64,000 nt of DNA from Acidimicrobiia bacterium (lineage in GTDB: Bacteria; Actinomycetota; Acidimicrobiia; Spongiisociales; Spongiisociaceae). This document shows, in pieces, positions 61,115 through 64,000 of the stretch. A program made the translations under genes and the position numbers. The notes beneath the pieces are model-generated. The model did no database searches and was not told the DNA's origin. It saw nothing but the letters and a program-made list of their open reading frames with translations. Each line of letters starts with the position of its first letter. The stretch's first letter is position 1. The stretch lies in contig OZ241390.1 of NCBI GenBank assembly GCA_965200835.1, positions 450,518-514,517 of the forward strand, given 5' to 3'.

Positions 61115-62182
61115 ATGTCAGAGATAAGGGTGGCGATCGTCGGGGTTGGTAACTGCGCCTCCTCCCTGATCCAGGGAGTCGAGTTCTACCGGGACGCTCC
61201 TGCCGACCAGATGATTCCCGGTCTCATGCATCCGGTGCTGGGTAACTACCACATAGGTGACATCCGGTTCGTAGCGGCCTTTGACGTGGATGCCACCAAG
61301 GTGGGCCAGGATCTATCCAAGGCCATCAGCGCGGGTGAGAACAACACCATCCCTTTTACCGAGGTTCCCCAGCTGGATGTGACGGTGCAGCGGGGCCCCA
61401 CCCTCGACGGGATAGGCGCATATCTATCCGGCGTGATCGAGGAATCGGCGGCCCCGGAGGTCGACGTAGCTGCGGTGTTGCGGCAGACCAAGGCGGATGT
61501 GGTGGTCTCCTACCTCCCGGTCGGTTCGCAAGAGGCGACCGAATTCTATGTGGAACAAGCCCTGGCGGCGGGATGCGCCTTCGTCAACTGCATACCCGTG
61601 TTCATCGCTCGGACCGAGGAGTGGGCTGATCGGTTCCGGGCGGCGGGCGTACCCATCGTCGGTGATGACATCAAATCCCAGGTCGGAGCCACGATCCTCC
61701 ACCGCACCCTGGTGAACCTGTTCCAGGACCGCGGCGTGAAGGTCGACCGGACCTACCAGCTCAACTTCGGGGGCAACACCGATTTCCTGAACATGCTGGA
61801 GCGAAGCCGCCTAGTGTCGAAGAAGGAGTCCAAGACCAAGGCGGTAACCAGCCAGCTGGAAACCCGCATACAGGTAGACGACGTCCATGTCGGTCCCTCC
61901 GATCACGTCCCGTGGCTAACCGACCGCAAGTGGGCACACATTCGCCTGGAAGGCACCGGATTCGGAGAAACCCCACTCAATGCCGAAGTGAAGCTGGAGG
62001 TGTGGGACAGTCCCAACTCGGCGGGGGTAGTCATCGACGCCCTCCGCTGCGCCAAGCTGGGACTAGATCGAGGCTTATCCGGCCCGCTCTACGAAGCCAG
62101 CGCCTACTTCATGAAGTCACCACCCAGGCAGATGCGTGACGAAGTCGCCCGCGAAGAGGTGGAAAAGTTCATCGCGGGATGA
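61115..62182 (+). CDS. ino1: inositol-3-phosphate synthase (myo-inositol-1-phosphate synthase, actinobacterial/archaeal type)
   Basis: N-terminal NAD-binding [13 protein letters not shown] plus conserved core. 355 aa. Confidence 0.85.
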   Translation: MSEIRVAIVGVGNCASSLIQGVEFYRDAPADQMIPGLMHPVLGNYHIGDIRFVAAFDVDATKVGQDLSKAISAGENNTIPFTEVPQLDVTVQRGPTLDGIGAYLSGVIEESAAPEVDVAAVLRQTKADVVVSYLPVGSQEATEFYVEQALAAGCAFVNCIPVFIARTEEWADRFRAAGVPIVGDDIKSQVGATILHRTLVNLFQDRGVKVDRTYQLNFGGNTDFLNMLERSRLVSKKESKTKAVTSQLETRIQVDDVHVGPSDHVPWLTDRKWAHIRLEGTGFGETPLNAEVKLEVWDSPNSAGVVIDALRCAKLGLDRGLSGPLYEASAYFMKSPPRQMRDEVAREEVEKFIAG

Positions 62183-62457
62183 CTAGCTCGTCATCGTAGT
62201 GTCGAGGACAGAGCACCTATGTGTGCGTGACGGGAGTCCTAACATTAGGGAAGGGTGACGAGTCTCACCGAACATCTGGCTTCGGCATATCGATCGACCC
62301 CGATTGATGGACCGAGCAACCTACGAAGAGCCGGAATGCCTCCCGTGGGGTATCGAATGGGTCATCGTCGGCGGGTCGATCGCAGTAGATCCGGCCGGTC
62401 CCACCGGACACCTAGGTGGTGGGGTTGCGCGCCGGTGCTCCTTTGGCTCGTGATGCT

Positions 62458-63834
62458 ATGGTGGCTCGCTTAGTGCGTAACTTCGACCTGATGATCATCG
62501 GCACAGGATCCGGCAACTCGGTGATCGGACCCGAACATGACGGCTGGGACATTGCCATCGTCGAGCGGGATCGCTTCGGTGGGACTTGCCTCAACGTGGG
62601 CTGCATCCCCTCCAAGATGTTCGTGTACGCAGCGGAAATGGCCGAGTTGGCCTCGGACAGTGATCGGCTGGGTGTCCGAACCAGTTTCAACGGCGCCGAC
62701 TGGCCGGCCATCCGCGACCGCATCTTCGGTCGGATCGATCCCATCGCCGAGGGCGGCCGCCTCTACCGGGAGGGACTTCCCAACGTCACTGTCTATACCG
62801 GCACCGGCCGCTTCGTCGGACCCAGAACCGTGGCGGTGGGTGACGAGGTTATTTCGGCTGACCGGGTCGTGATAGCGGCAGGCGGGCGGCCCACGGTGCC
62901 TCCGGTTCCGGGCTTGGCCGATTGCGGTTACCACACATCGGACACGATCATGCGTCTCGACGATCTGCCCGATCGGCTAGCGGTAATCGGCGCCGGATAC
63001 ATCGCGGCTGAGCTGGGTGGGGTCATGGGAGCTCTCGGCTCGACGGTAACTTTCTTGTTGCGAGGTGACACCTTCCTGCGGCGGGAAGATCACGACATCA
63101 GCAGCCGCTTCACCGCGGCCTACACCCGGCGTTTCGACGTGCGGATGCATACCCAACCGATAGATGTCCGTAGAGATGGTTCCGAGGTGGTCCTCCGCAT
63201 GTTCGATCGGGAAGGCACCCGACAGGAGTTGAGGGCCGACGAGGTACTGGTGGCCACCGGTCGGAAGCCCAATACCGATTGGCTAGACGTAGCCGCAGCT
63301 GGGATCGCGGTAAGCGATCGGGGATTCGTGATCACCGACGAGCAGCTCCGCACCAACGTCGAAGGGGTGTGGGCGCTGGGCGACATCACCAACCCGATCC
63401 AGCTGAAGCATGTTGCCAACCATGAGGCCCGGGTCGTCCGGCATAACCTGACCAATCCCGATAACCCAGCAACCGTCGATCATCGCTTCATCCCCCACGC
63501 AGTCTTCGGTTACCCCCAGATTGCCAGTGTGGGACTCACGGAGCGGGAGTGCAAGAGGGACGGGATCCCCTACGTCAGCCACACCCAGCCCTATGCGGCC
63601 GCCGCCTATGGATGGGCCATGGAGGACACCGAAAGCGCGGCCAAGGTGATAGCGCACGCCGAGACCCGCCGTCTCCTAGGGGCCCACATCATCGGCCCGC
63701 AAGCACCCACCCTGATCCAGCAGCTCATCCAAGGTATGCACTTCGATCTGACAGTCGACCAGATGGCCCGTGGTCAGTACTACATCCATCCTGCCCTACC
63801 CGAAGTAGTAGAACAGGCCCTCTTGGAACTCTGA
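62458..63834 (+). CDS. mtr: mycothione reductase (pyridine nucleotide-disulfide oxidoreductase class I)
   Basis: GTGSGNS FAD motif and redox-active GGTCLNVGCIPSKM. Very close, block by block, to the M. tuberculosis Mtr sequence as recalled (VANHEARVV..HNL, AYGWAMEDT, LLGAHI.G, MARGQYWIHPALPEVVE.ALL.L). Start set at ATG 62458. Confidence 0.8.
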   Translation: MVARLVRNFDLMIIGTGSGNSVIGPEHDGWDIAIVERDRFGGTCLNVGCIPSKMFVYAAEMAELASDSDRLGVRTSFNGADWPAIRDRIFGRIDPIAEGGRLYREGLPNVTVYTGTGRFVGPRTVAVGDEVISADRVVIAAGGRPTVPPVPGLADCGYHTSDTIMRLDDLPDRLAVIGAGYIAAELGGVMGALGSTVTFLLRGDTFLRREDHDISSRFTAAYTRRFDVRMHTQPIDVRRDGSEVVLRMFDREGTRQELRADEVLVATGRKPNTDWLDVAAAGIAVSDRGFVITDEQLRTNVEGVWALGDITNPIQLKHVANHEARVVRHNLTNPDNPATVDHRFIPHAVFGYPQIASVGLTERECKRDGIPYVSHTQPYAAAAYGWAMEDTESAAKVIAHAETRRLLGAHIIGPQAPTLIQQLIQGMHFDLTVDQMARGQYYIHPALPEVVEQALLEL

Positions 63835-64000
63835 GCCAAGTAAAGATAACGATGTCCCTCCGTTATCACAGCTAGAGGCACTCATCAACGCTTGTTAGTG
63901 ACCGCAATGCCAGTTGACATAGTGAGATTCCCCCCGCCAAACCGGGTCAACTCACGTAGAAAAAACTCCAAGTGGCTCGTCACGTCTCCGAGCTTCCAAG

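Overview
This is a high-GC (~65%) chromosomal segment, almost certainly from an actinobacterium. Evidence for that: mycothione reductase and inositol-3-phosphate synthase genes, a zinc-binding anti-sigma factor, and the tRNA - rpmG - double-hotdog dehydratase - tRNA-Trp - secE - nusG - rplKAJL - rpoBC gene order known from Mycobacterium-like genomes. The window is densely coding and mostly core genes: ppk (partial), a histidine phosphatase, dxs, a polar amino-acid ABC transporter, SPFH/NfeD, menB, hspR-dnaJ-grpE-dnaK, metX-metY, dnaX-recR, dgt, manC, rpoCB, ribosomal protein operons, tuf, three tRNAs, htpX, a nucleoside/5'-methylthioadenosine (MTA) salvage-like cluster with an adjacent BMP-type ABC transporter, a LysR regulator, ino1 and mtr. 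No mobile elements or CRISPR arrays were seen. Five items stand out. (1) A stand-alone GrdB/PrdB-family selenoprotein candidate, with an in-frame TGA, a U-x-x-C motif and a SECIS-like hairpin. (2) A NusG carrying a ~466-aa N-terminal extension built from a tandem-duplicated unknown domain plus a disordered linker. (3) A lower-GC islet with a nucleotidyltransferase-HEPN fusion gene. (4) An MtaD deaminase / MtnA isomerase / aldolase-dehydrogenase fusion / phosphorylase cluster that looks like an MTA and 5'-deoxyadenosine salvage (DHAP-shunt-like) pathway. (5) A lower-GC AAA ATPase gene upstream of the dnaK operon. All coordinates and motif calls were made by eye from the sequence and the ORF track; no searches were run.
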